From Oligoflexia bacterium (GTDB taxonomy: Bacteria; Bdellovibrionota_C; UBA2361; JAFLCA01): a stretch of DNA of 64,000 nucleotides. The position numbers and the translations under genes were made by a program. The stretch's first letter is position 1; every line of letters starts with the position of its first letter. Of this stretch, positions 20,158-29,172 are shown one piece after another. Under the pieces are notes generated by a model. The model had not been told where the DNA came from. It saw only the letters and a program-made list of their open reading frames with translations, and ran no database searches. Location of the stretch: NCBI GenBank assembly GCA_019694465.1, contig JAIBBV010000006.1, positions 18,843 to 82,842 of the forward strand, read 5' to 3'.

Positions 20158-20658
20158 TTAGTAGACACTGTTGGTCGATGTGGATGTATCTTTCGATTTA
20201 GCGCTATCTTGTCGGGTGGTGCTTGCCACTCCGAGTAGGTCACTATTCCGACTCTGACGGCTTACTTCCAAAGTCTTGGTTAGTGTTCCTTCGGCAGGGC
20301 TTTCGGTATTCATGCTGCCCTTAATCTTGGCGCCATCCTCTACGCAAATGCGGGGAGCAGTAACGTTCCCAAGCACTTTACCAGAACTGTGAACGATGAC
20401 TTGTTCACTACCAAAAAGGTCGCCTGTAACTTCGCCCTCCACATGAATGACCACACCATAGATGTGAGCGCGTACTTTACCTGTCTTTGCAACCGTTACT
20501 ATGTTCTTTTTGAGGTTGATGGTTCCTTCTACTGAGCCCTCGACTAAAATGTCCTCGTCGCCAGTAATTTCACCTTGAACTGAAATTGATACGCCTATTG
20601 TCGCCTGAGTTTTTGAAGGAGTCGTGGTTCCGCCAGCTCCTTGATTATTTTCCCACAT
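20158..20658 (-). CDS. bactofilin (DUF583) cytoskeletal polymer protein
   Basis: Repetitive beta-helical segments (VQGEITGDEDILVEGSVEGTINLKKNIVTVAKTGKVRAHIYGVVIHVEGEVTGDL...) with disordered N- and C-terminal tails. Confidence 0.75.
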   Translation of the reverse strand: MWENNQGAGGTTTPSKTQATIGVSISVQGEITGDEDILVEGSVEGTINLKKNIVTVAKTGKVRAHIYGVVIHVEGEVTGDLFGSEQVIVHSSGKVLGNVTAPRICVEDGAKIKGSMNTESPAEGTLTKTLEVSRQSRNSDLLGVASTTRQDSAKSKDTSTSTNSVY

Positions 20659-20687
20659 GCTGCTGCTCCATTGTTAAATCGACATCG

Positions 20688-21629
20688 CTACATTTGGATT
20701 CGATCAAGCCAATTCTCGATGCGCGTAAGGGTCCAAAAAATGCCCACCAAGGAGAGGGACCAAAAACTAAGTAGGGCCACGAAGATAGACCCCGATGAAA
20801 CGATGTCTCGCTCCGAGTATCCATCGATAAATTGTGACCAACGAGGTGCGCAAGTTTCATTCCCTAAATTCACCTCTTTATCTAGCTTAGAAAGCTGACC
20901 TAGTAATTGGCCGAGCCCAGGCGCGTGCCCGGCATTACTCGCTGAAATTGTTGTACGAATGAGGCGTAGGAGCCGCCGATAGTGTGCTGACCGCATGCGC
21001 CAAAGGCAACGCAGCGGACTTGCCAAGTAATTGCAGAATTTACGAAGTGGGGGCGGCGAGTTGCTCAAACGTCCGCTTAGCAGCGACAAAGCTAGCTCCG
21101 CGGTGCTGCGGCATAGGATCGCTTCGAATGTCTTAGACCTCTCAGGTGTAGCTAATTGAATCGGATCAACTTTTATATTTCCTGTTCGATCAAGGTAAAT
21201 GTTTTCAGCATTTATGAGGAAGCCGTCTACATTGTTGCTCAGTAGGAAGCGTGATGCTTTAAGTACGGCAATACAAATTTGTAACGACTCAGAAACACTG
21301 AAAACAGTACAGCGAGACAAGTCGGCCAGGCTAATCCCGCGCAGGGACTCGCACGAGATAGCCAAAATGTTGTCTATTTTGTGAACCTCATATGGACAAA
21401 GCACATGTGGATTCTTTAATACACTGAGCTTAGCTACGATCTGCTTAATATCATCTTCACAGGTGTCACCGATTGAAGTGCGATCAATTAATTTTAGACC
21501 AACATAGACTTGTAGTGATTTTAGAGCGTTGCGTTCCTTGTGATCTGAGGCAAGGTAAAGGGCAGCAATCTCATTATGTCTTAGACATTCGAGCAGTTCG
21601 AATCTGTCAGCAAGCAGCGCATTTGTCAC
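20688..21629 (-). CDS. membrane-anchored protein-kinase-like protein, predicted catalytically dead (pseudokinase), C-terminal TM helix
   Basis: Kinase subdomain-like blocks are present (ALK for the VAIK Lys; LKNPHVL; ILAISCESLRGISLADL; LINAENIYLDRTGNIKV). It lacks the Gly-rich loop, HRD and DFG. Hydrophobic C-terminus IFVALLSFWSLSLVGIFWTL. Confidence 0.45.
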   Translation of the reverse strand: MTNALLADRFELLECLRHNEIAALYLASDHKERNALKSLQVYVGLKLIDRTSIGDTCEDDIKQIVAKLSVLKNPHVLCPYEVHKIDNILAISCESLRGISLADLSRCTVFSVSESLQICIAVLKASRFLLSNNVDGFLINAENIYLDRTGNIKVDPIQLATPERSKTFEAILCRSTAELALSLLSGRLSNSPPPLRKFCNYLASPLRCLWRMRSAHYRRLLRLIRTTISASNAGHAPGLGQLLGQLSKLDKEVNLGNETCAPRWSQFIDGYSERDIVSSGSIFVALLSFWSLSLVGIFWTLTRIENWLDRIQM

Positions 21630-21670
21630 AGGTGGGAGCTCCGCTTAATTATGATGCTAGCTGTTAGTTA

Positions 21671-21852
21671 GAGCGCTTCCCGAAAGTTATTACCGCGAGC
21701 AGAACGAGCGGTAATAACTTTTAGCGCTCGTCGGCCAGAGGCGCGACATTAAGATATGTCTATTACGTTCAACTTATCATCCTATGCCGGTACATCAATG
21801 TTTTAGATGCCCCGTTCTCTCTTCGCGATTATTTTTGGGAGCCGCTATAGAA
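21671..21852 (+). repeat. copy B (~182 bp) of the two-copy repeat; contains an 11-bp inverted repeat gttattaccgc(N11)gcggtaataac
   Basis: Aligns with 15722-15966 (see copy A). Intergenic, upstream of the pseudokinase gene start. Confidence 0.7.
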
Positions 21853-21958
21853 GTTACAGCTGGAAATCGCGTAAATTCTGGAGTTTAGCCTATGTTGCAG
21901 CCCCTCGAGGCGCGATGATAGTTCTTAGACGCCAGGTATTTGGAATTTCAAATGCGAA

Positions 21959-23053
21959 TCACACTAGGAGTAAGCTTGGCACCTCCAGTGCGCCATCATA
22001 ATTGGATATCGAAATTGGCCAGCTTGGACTAGGCACTTGTTCCGCCCAGCCTTGAATAGCGCCTTCACTAACAAGCAATCTAGATTCAAGGCGATACTGC
22101 GCAGCAACATTCAATATCTCGTTAATAATCAATGAGCGTAACTGATCCTGCGTGAGCTTTTCCCGTTGGCCCAAAGCGTTGAAGCCCCACTGCTCGCGAT
22201 ACATTCGGATAGTAGGCTCGATAATGCCATTATAGTCACGCCATGTAGCTTGATCGGCAGCGCGTGCGCGTTCACTTTCGAAGCTGTTAAATGAGTACAG
22301 CTCAGACCAAAGTCGTACTGCAGCCCTACCAGCGCCGAAGAATGCATCTGCTTCCTCCTGTAGATTTGCTCTGCGCTTAGCCATTTCCTCTCCAAAGCCT
22401 GACAGCGAGTTAGGATCGCACCAACGCTGACATTGAAATACCGTTAAGTAATCCATGTCGCCGAGAATAAACACAATTTGAACCGGATAGTTTAACTTTT
22501 GCTGAATGTCTCTCAGAGCACTCCAGCCCTTTATTTTTGTTCTATCACTGAAGTTGTCGACGCGTACTGTTTCGCCTGGTGCGAGCTTGTTTAATCGCCA
22601 GGCATCAAAGCCAGCAATAACATCCGTATTCTTCTCCAGACACTGAGATACTGCGATGGTTATAGGCCGGCGCTCCTGTCTAGCTGCTTCTATGGCTTTT
22701 AGGACAGCTCCCCAGGTGGTATTCACAGTTGGGTATTTGGTCAATCGACTCAAATCAACAGTTAAATTCGCGGCGTCCTCTGATGCCCAGACCTGCGGGA
22801 ATGCTGCCCGTAAAAAGTCTGTTTCTTTAAGGGCTTCATCGAAACGTCCTGCAGCTACTGCATTGCTCCACCCTTGTATGAAGCGGGCCGCACGTTGGGA
22901 AGCGCTCAGTTGCTGCCAGACATTATCGGGGCAGGTTCTTGTAAGCGAGGCCGAAGCAATTACCGCTTCAGCCCATTGCAGGTCCTCAGCTGCAACGCTT
23001 CGCACTTGTACGGCTTGTGCTCTAAGTGATTGAACGTAGAGTTCTTTGAACAT
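21959..23053 (-). CDS. hypothetical protein (365 aa)
   Basis: The ORF extends to 23206, but the ATG at 23053 (MFKELYV...) has an AGGA RBS 8 nt upstream. No recognisable domain. Confidence 0.5.
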   Translation of the reverse strand: MFKELYVQSLRAQAVQVRSVAAEDLQWAEAVIASASLTRTCPDNVWQQLSASQRAARFIQGWSNAVAAGRFDEALKETDFLRAAFPQVWASEDAANLTVDLSRLTKYPTVNTTWGAVLKAIEAARQERRPITIAVSQCLEKNTDVIAGFDAWRLNKLAPGETVRVDNFSDRTKIKGWSALRDIQQKLNYPVQIVFILGDMDYLTVFQCQRWCDPNSLSGFGEEMAKRRANLQEEADAFFGAGRAAVRLWSELYSFNSFESERARAADQATWRDYNGIIEPTIRMYREQWGFNALGQREKLTQDQLRSLIINEILNVAAQYRLESRLLVSEGAIQGWAEQVPSPSWPISISNYDGALEVPSLLLV

Positions 23054-23266
23054 AACTATCCTTCGCGCTTCCTGAAGAGCGTGGCTGTTACTGGATGTGC
23101 AGCAGGTAAAACTACCTAACTGATTGCCAGAATTAAAAAAGAAATATGTAAGCGGGAAAGTAGATTTGGTGCTTAGAGCACCATATGCGCGTGATGACTT
23201 GCGCAACCAAAGGACATGTCAGAGTAAATGAATGACATGCAAGTGAGAATAACAGTGTGAGTAGAC

Positions 23267-24139
23267 CTAGTCAAGATGGGTCTGAGGACTTGGATTTCTA
23301 ATTGAGCTCAACACGACGCTACTCATGATCAATAGTCCGCCAAGGAGCTGCGCTGCAAGCAATTGCTCATGATAGATCATAGCGCCAAAGCTCATTCCAA
23401 TTAGAACTTCTAGCGTTAGAACAATACTGCCCAGACTAGGTGCTATTCGTCCAAATGCGTAGTTTAATAAAAAGGCATTCATGCCCTGCTGAAATACAAG
23501 TATTAAGCCAATTTTCCAGCCCAAATTGTTGATGGCTAGTAGCCACTCAGCTATTAAGCCTTTGCTTTGCACCCATAGCAGTAGGAGCGCGGCGGAAATT
23601 GCGTTTCCTAGACAGGCCAATTGTGTATCCCTTAAGTTGCTAGCATGAAGTGGTCGAAGGATTTGAGCTAATGAAATGAAAAGCCCAGAGAGGATTGCGC
23701 ACATGGCAGCATAGTCGAACGTGAAAGACCCGCCTGTTAGCAGCAACACCCCTAATGAGGCGAGTAGTAGGCCTAGAAAAAGAGAAAGGTTGGCCTTCTC
23801 CCGCCATACAAATACTGACCATGCCCCGCCCCATGGAAGAGCGCTCAAAGCGGCTGCATTGGCAAGACTACCATGCTGTACAGCCTCGAAGAAGAAGTAT
23901 CCCCCCAAGCACCACCCGAGCGCTCCACGCGCCAACAAAATTCCAATATCCAGTCTTGGAACTGATTCTAAGCGAAGTGTTGGTAGGAGGCACAGGCATC
24001 CAGCTGTCGCCTGCGTGAGTAGCCATGCCGGCGGGGCAAAGGAAATACCAAATTCACGAGTTAGGCAGCCCGTGCCGGCGAAACTAGTGGCGACTATGCA
24101 TAGGGCTAGAATGGGAAGAGTACTTGAATTGGCCTTCAT
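23267..24139 (-). CDS. EamA/DMT superfamily transporter (about 10 TM segments)
   Basis: Two tandem 5-TM halves and Gly/Leu-rich hydrophobic stretches typical of EamA exporters. Confidence 0.65.
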   Translation of the reverse strand: MKANSSTLPILALCIVATSFAGTGCLTREFGISFAPPAWLLTQATAGCLCLLPTLRLESVPRLDIGILLARGALGWCLGGYFFFEAVQHGSLANAAALSALPWGGAWSVFVWREKANLSLFLGLLLASLGVLLLTGGSFTFDYAAMCAILSGLFISLAQILRPLHASNLRDTQLACLGNAISAALLLLWVQSKGLIAEWLLAINNLGWKIGLILVFQQGMNAFLLNYAFGRIAPSLGSIVLTLEVLIGMSFGAMIYHEQLLAAQLLGGLLIMSSVVLSSIRNPSPQTHLD

Positions 24140-24219
24140 GCCTCCAGTATGCCAAAATATGCATATTGTAGCATTTCACCGTATATTTACGACAATAAAG
24201 CAGCATATAATGTCGCATT

Positions 24220-25200
24220 ATGCCATTAAGTGAGCGTGAACGAATAGTGCTGGGCGCGTGTGAGCTGGATGCTGAAGTCTCGATGCAGGAGATAGCACGG
24301 CGTACTGGGTATCGCGCGCACCAGGTAGCGTACGTTTTACGCTCGCTAAAGGATCGAAAAGCGGTTCGGATTAGACCGTTTGTGAATCTCATGGCGCTAG
24401 GCTACTCCGACTACGGCGCATTCTTTTCTCTTGCCAGTAAAAGTCCACAGGCTAGACGCGCCATTGAAGCGCGCATAATGAAGCATCCGAATGTAGCCTG
24501 GTGTGGCAAGATGGTGGGGGAGTATCAATATGGACTCTCTATTGTGGTGCATCAGACAAACGAATTGGAAGCATGCTTTGAGCATCTCGAGGGGCGTAAC
24601 GAAGAAGTGGTGGCTAGAAAAGTAATATGCCCGCGCATGCGCTTTCGACTTTTTCCACGAAAATATCTCTCCCGTTATGCGCCGAAGCTAGAAAGAGTCT
24701 TTGGACATATGTCAGGCGCGGTAGCTGTAGATGATCTCGATAAGCGAATTTTGTATACACTCGATCAGCTAGAAGATTACTCATTACGCCGAGTGGCTCA
24801 AATACTATCTGTGAATGTTAGAACGGTCGAACGAAGAGTTCAGTGCCTGCGCGAGGCCGGAATACTGCCTGGGTTTTTCTATGATATTCAGCCCTCAACT
24901 CTGGGGGTGGAAACATATCGGGTGCTGGTTACCTGGGCTGGAGCTGGTCAGGGTAGCCGAGTAGATTTGCTAGAATTCTGTAGGGCACATCGGCAGGTGG
25001 TATTCTTAAATGAAGAGTTCGGACGTTGGGACTTTGAAATCGGGATTGAAACCGGACGCGCCTCAGATGTCTCTACTTTTAATGAGGAACTCACCGATCG
25101 ATTTGGCTCTTCTATCTCAGATCTTTCGGTGATGGCCGAAGTAAGCACGCTTAAGTGGAGCTTTTTTCCCTTCAAAATGAGTTTGAAGCCTGCAAAGTAA
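24220..25200 (+). CDS. tandem-fused Lrp/AsnC family transcriptional regulator (two HTH + RAM modules)
   Basis: Two repeats of an AsnC-type HTH (…MQEIARRTGYRAHQVAYVLRSL… and …LRRVAQILSVNVRTVERRVQCLRE…), each followed by a RAM-like effector domain. Confidence 0.65.
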   Translation: MPLSERERIVLGACELDAEVSMQEIARRTGYRAHQVAYVLRSLKDRKAVRIRPFVNLMALGYSDYGAFFSLASKSPQARRAIEARIMKHPNVAWCGKMVGEYQYGLSIVVHQTNELEACFEHLEGRNEEVVARKVICPRMRFRLFPRKYLSRYAPKLERVFGHMSGAVAVDDLDKRILYTLDQLEDYSLRRVAQILSVNVRTVERRVQCLREAGILPGFFYDIQPSTLGVETYRVLVTWAGAGQGSRVDLLEFCRAHRQVVFLNEEFGRWDFEIGIETGRASDVSTFNEELTDRFGSSISDLSVMAEVSTLKWSFFPFKMSLKPAK

Positions 25201-25271
25201 ACGCTTTAGATAAACCTAGCTTCATCCACTTTTTGTCAAAACTCTCTCGCGCAGGGTTTATATTTGGCGGG

Positions 25272-25320
25272 CTCGTATCGCGAGCAAAGCGAAGCAATCC
25301 GCGTAATATTGTTAAGCACT
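25272..25320 (+). repeat. copy 3 of the ~45-bp repeat
   Basis: ctcgtatcgcgagcaaagcgaagcaatccgcgtaatattgttaagc, about 70 nt downstream of the Lrp/AsnC gene stop. Confidence 0.55.
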
Positions 25321-25343
25321 GTTTCAGAAAAGCTGGCGCTGAT

Positions 25344-26249
25344 TTAAGTGCGTGGCTTTTTAAAAACTCTTTGCGCGTTGTCTATGATGCAAGTAACTGA
25401 TGGATTACGAATCTGCCTGGCTAACGAGATTGCGTAGAATTTTTCTGAAATTCCTTTTAAAATAAGAACTGGGCGCGCCTGATATTGAGCTTCTAACTCT
25501 TTGGCTATGATCAGCGGAGCTGGAAATAACCCGTGCCCAGCGCGACCAAAAATTTTCATTAGCGCACTATCTTCGAATTCTCCTGCAACGATTGGTGAAA
25601 TGCCACGTTTGTTGAACCAGAAATCAATTTCCCTTCTTAAGGCAGTGTTGCTGGTTGGGAGCAGGATCGGCAGTTTGCCTAGATCGCTCTCACGAAGCTG
25701 CTTATCTTTCGCTACAGCCCTAATTCCATACAAAGCAACAGCGCTTTCGCCTAACAAATGGTTATAGGCGCGAACGCTAACGTGAGCCGGGACGGGAGAA
25801 TCGCTTATGACCAGGTCCAGCCTATGCAGAGCTAACTCAGCCAGCAACTGCTCGGGTGCGTCCTCCAGGCACGTTAACGCATGTTTCTCGTTCAATGAGA
25901 AAATTGGCTCAATCAGACGATGTGCCACAAATTTTGGTACTACATCAGCAATCCCGATAGACAGGCGAATGGTTGAAGTAGTTGGTCTCTCACGCATTAC
26001 AGCCAACAATTCCTGACCTACAGAAAAGATTTGCTCCGCATAGCGCGCTGCGATTGAGCCGTGCTCGGTTAGCACTAGTCGGCGGCCGTCCTTCTCGAAC
26101 AACTTATGGCCTATGTTATCTTCTAGGTCCTTAATTTGGGCGCTGATAGTCGGTTGCCTTAGCTTAAGTTCGCGCGCCGCATCTGAAACACTTCCGTGCC
26201 GTGCTACAGTCCAGAAATACAGGAGGTGATGATAATTCAACCAATCCAT
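25344..26249 (-). CDS. LysR-family transcriptional regulator (NhaR-like)
   Basis: N-terminal MDWLNYHHLLYFWTVARHGSVSDAARELKLRQPTISAQIKDLE is the NhaR-type LysR HTH. LysR substrate-binding domain follows. Confidence 0.8.
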   Translation of the reverse strand: MDWLNYHHLLYFWTVARHGSVSDAARELKLRQPTISAQIKDLEDNIGHKLFEKDGRRLVLTEHGSIAARYAEQIFSVGQELLAVMRERPTTSTIRLSIGIADVVPKFVAHRLIEPIFSLNEKHALTCLEDAPEQLLAELALHRLDLVISDSPVPAHVSVRAYNHLLGESAVALYGIRAVAKDKQLRESDLGKLPILLPTSNTALRREIDFWFNKRGISPIVAGEFEDSALMKIFGRAGHGLFPAPLIIAKELEAQYQARPVLILKGISEKFYAISLARQIRNPSVTCIIDNAQRVFKKPRT

Positions 26250-26275
26250 CGAGAAGAATCCGTTCGTGAGTTAGC

Positions 26276-26584
26276 TCAAATATCCAGGGTTACTACTTCT
26301 AGTAGAATTAGCACCAGCGGCAGAAGAAAAAAAGCTGCTACTAAGTGCGCAGTGCGACCACGGTTTACAGCTGCCACTAGGCCGCCCAAGCTTACAAGCG
26401 CTGCAGCGGCGGATGTAAGCCCAAGACCAAGTTGCAGTGAAAATGAGCCAGGTATGCGAATGCCCCACAAAAATGGATCGCGTGCTTGAGATACAATTAT
26501 TAGCCGAATGCAAGCGAAGGCTAGTGAAATCCCAAAGTAGGAAAATGCTAGCAGTAGTGTGGGAGATGGCACTTTTAGTTTCAT
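26276..26584 (-). CDS. small 3-TM membrane protein, hypothetical
   Basis: Hydrophobic 102-aa ORF immediately upstream of, and co-directional with, the LysR gene (27-nt gap). Confidence 0.3.
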   Translation of the reverse strand: MKLKVPSPTLLLAFSYFGISLAFACIRLIIVSQARDPFLWGIRIPGSFSLQLGLGLTSAAAALVSLGGLVAAVNRGRTAHLVAAFFLLPLVLILLEVVTLDI

Positions 26585-26800
26585 TTTATAGATTACCGAC
26601 TACTTTGTTAAGATTTGCTATTCAGGTTTTGTGGCCCGACTTGGTGCTGTCAAATACATAGAAATAATCTAAGAGCTTGCAAAATATTATCTATTTTTCA
26701 ATACATCGCGATCGGCGCTATCCTAAATGCGACCCTAAAAGTTGGATCTAGCAGCTTCACAAAGTAAAGGCGCTACACATAAAACAGCAGGAGTAAGTAT

Positions 26801-27145
26801 ATGCGATTACTAATTAGTTGCCAAAAGAAACTATCGTCATCGGCTCTCATGCAGCATATAGAACGCCGACTGCATTTTGCCCTTGATAGATTCTCAGGGC
26901 TGGTTCGAGAAGTCAAAGTGAGAGTCTTTGACGAGAATGGCCCTAAGGGCGGCGCTGATAAGGTGGTAAGAGCGGTAGTGCTGCTTGAAAACGGCGAGGG
27001 TATTCGTATTGAGTCACGTGGCGCAGATCTCTATGGGACGGCTGATTGGCTGGCTGACAGGCTTAAAGCCGCTATTGCACGAGCCTGTGAACGGCGGAAG
27101 GGCTGGCGCAGCACACGGATCGGGCGGGAAATGGAATGGGCCTGA
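26801..27145 (+). CDS. hpf: ribosome hibernation promoting factor / ribosome-associated inhibitor (HPF/YfiA family)
   Basis: Pattern ...VRAVVLLENGEGIRIESRGADLYGTADWLADRLKAAIARACERRKG matches the HPF beta-alpha-beta fold consensus (…AEatv.v.G…a…DmYaAID.l.dkLerQL.K…). Confidence 0.55.
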   Translation: MRLLISCQKKLSSSALMQHIERRLHFALDRFSGLVREVKVRVFDENGPKGGADKVVRAVVLLENGEGIRIESRGADLYGTADWLADRLKAAIARACERRKGWRSTRIGREMEWA

Positions 27146-27247
27146 GTCCGGATAAACTGGACCGCGAACAAAAGGAGAATCGCTGGTCGGGATTAATAGA
27201 GCCAGGCAAGGCGTGTTGACAGGAAGATAGGTAGAAAGTCCTAATTA

Positions 27248-28126
27248 TTGGAAGAGGCAATAAAGACTATGAGTAATCAAATTCGCACATTCGTACTTTT
27301 GGGGGCGCTGAGTGCACTATTGATTGCGATTGGCGGCTTACTTGGCCCAGGCTATGTACTGCCATTCACAATATTCGCTGTGCTAATGAACCTCGGCGCA
27401 TACTACTTCTCTGACAGTATCGTGTTGAGAATGCATGGGGCGCGAGAGGTTAGCCCGAGCGAAGGTGGACGCCTATATAGCATTGTGCAAGAGCTCTCCC
27501 AGCGGGCACAACTTCCGATGCCGCGCGTTTATATTATTCCGTCTGCTGAGGCTAATGCTTTTGCTACAGGTAGAAATCCAGAGCATGGTGTTGTCGCCGT
27601 AACAGAGGGAATACTACGCATACTCGACGAACGTGAACTAAGGGGCGTGATAGCCCATGAGCTAGCGCACATCAAGAATCGTGACATTCTGATTTCTACC
27701 ATTGCAGCGATCGGAGCCGCTGCCATAAGCAGTCTAGCCCAAGCCCTGCAGTTCGCGGCTCTGTTTGGTTCGCGTGATTCTGAGAGTCAACAAGGTGGAG
27801 CTGTGCAAAGTTTAGCATTAATCATCCTCGCACCGCTGGCTGCAACGCTCTTGCAAATGGGGATCTCCCGATCGCGCGAGTATATGGCAGACAGATTAGG
27901 TGCGGAGATTTGTGGCGACCCCGAGGGCCTCGCGCGTGCCCTAGAGCGCTTACATAGACGTACAGAGATGGTTGAGTCTCAATTTCAACCAGCGACGGCG
28001 AGCTTGTACATAGTAAATCCTTTCGCTGCAGCGGGTGGGATCTTACATTTATTCTCAACTCATCCGCCGGTGGAACGGCGCATCGAATTGTTGCAAGCAA
28101 TGATGCGTGGACAAGTGGCAGCTTAA
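27248..28126 (+). CDS. htpX: zinc metalloprotease HtpX (M48)
   Basis: N-terminal TM helices, HELAH zinc motif (…IAHELAHIKNRD…) and typical HtpX length. Confidence 0.85.
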   Translation: MEEAIKTMSNQIRTFVLLGALSALLIAIGGLLGPGYVLPFTIFAVLMNLGAYYFSDSIVLRMHGAREVSPSEGGRLYSIVQELSQRAQLPMPRVYIIPSAEANAFATGRNPEHGVVAVTEGILRILDERELRGVIAHELAHIKNRDILISTIAAIGAAAISSLAQALQFAALFGSRDSESQQGGAVQSLALIILAPLAATLLQMGISRSREYMADRLGAEICGDPEGLARALERLHRRTEMVESQFQPATASLYIVNPFAAAGGILHLFSTHPPVERRIELLQAMMRGQVAA

Positions 28127-28143
28127 GCAGGTAGGTAAGGATA

Positions 28144-29172
28144 ATGGACATACTTTTCCCATTCGTTGAGTACTGGAATTTTTACCTAGGTTTTTTGGTC
28201 TTCGTAGTTTGTCTACTGGCCCTGGATTTAGGCGTTTTTCATAAAAACGATCACGTTATTTCCATCAAAGAAGCGTTAGGCTGGAGTGTGCTGTGGATAT
28301 CCTTGGCGCTACTCTTCAACCTGGCGTTCTACTTTTACGCGTTGGATAAATTTTCCACACACCCCGTGTTGACGACGCAGCCTGGCTTTGACCCTGCCGC
28401 TAATGCAAGTCGTGTTTCGCTAGAGTTCTTAACTGGATTTCTTATTGAGAAGTCCCTTTCTATAGATAATCTTTTCGTCTTTGTTGTCATTTTCACATTC
28501 TTCCGAATACCGGCACAGTACCAACATCGTGTCCTTTTCTTCGGCATTATCGGCGCTCTTCTTTTCCGCGCTCTTTTCATTGCAGCCGGTTCGGTGCTGA
28601 TGAAATACCATGCCTTGGTGGTGTTTTTCGGTGTGTTGCTGATGCTGACAGGCATTAAGCTATTTTTTGCCCCTGAAAAGGGTCCCAATTTGGAGAAGAA
28701 CTGGGCTTGGCGCTTTCTGAAACGTTTCGTGCCTATGACCAGCACGCTGCATGGGAAAAAATTTGTAGTACGTGAAAATGGACGACGTGTTGCCACGCCC
28801 CTACTTTTGGCGCTGATACTGGTTGAGGTGTCTGATGTGATCTTTGCGGTTGATTCTGTGCCAGCAATTTTTGCATTAACCAACGAACCGCTAATTGTGT
28901 TTACTTCGAATGTGTTTGCAATTTTGGGTTTGCGCTCCCTGTATTTCCTCTTAGCTGGTATGTATGAACGCTTTCACTTATTGAAGTATGGCCTTGGTGT
29001 AATTCTTGTCTTTGTTGGCCTCAAGATGGTTTGGCTGAACGAAGCCTTTGGCGGCAAATTTCCGATTAGCTGGTCTTTGGGATTCATCCTCTCGGTATTG
29101 GCACTGTCGATCGGGTTGTCGTTCAGACTTTCCGTAGATCGCAGCTCACGAAAGTTGAGTTCAGGGCGCTAG
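28144..29172 (+). CDS. TerC family integral membrane protein
   Basis: EKSLSIDNLFVFVVIF… and repeated TerC hydrophobic modules. Confidence 0.8.
   Translation: MDILFPFVEYWNFYLGFLVFVVCLLALDLGVFHKNDHVISIKEALGWSVLWISLALLFNLAFYFYALDKFSTHPVLTTQPGFDPAANASRVSLEFLTGFLIEKSLSIDNLFVFVVIFTFFRIPAQYQHRVLFFGIIGALLFRALFIAAGSVLMKYHALVVFFGVLLMLTGIKLFFAPEKGPNLEKNWAWRFLKRFVPMTSTLHGKKFVVRENGRRVATPLLLALILVEVSDVIFAVDSVPAIFALTNEPLIVFTSNVFAILGLRSLYFLLAGMYERFHLLKYGLGVILVFVGLKMVWLNEAFGGKFPISWSLGFILSVLALSIGLSFRLSVDRSSRKLSSGR

Noticed and set aside
21807-22001. 64-aa ORF at the edge of repeat copy B
   Set aside because: It overlaps the 3-prime end of the convergent 21959-23053 gene. It has no RBS and low complexity. Chance ORF.
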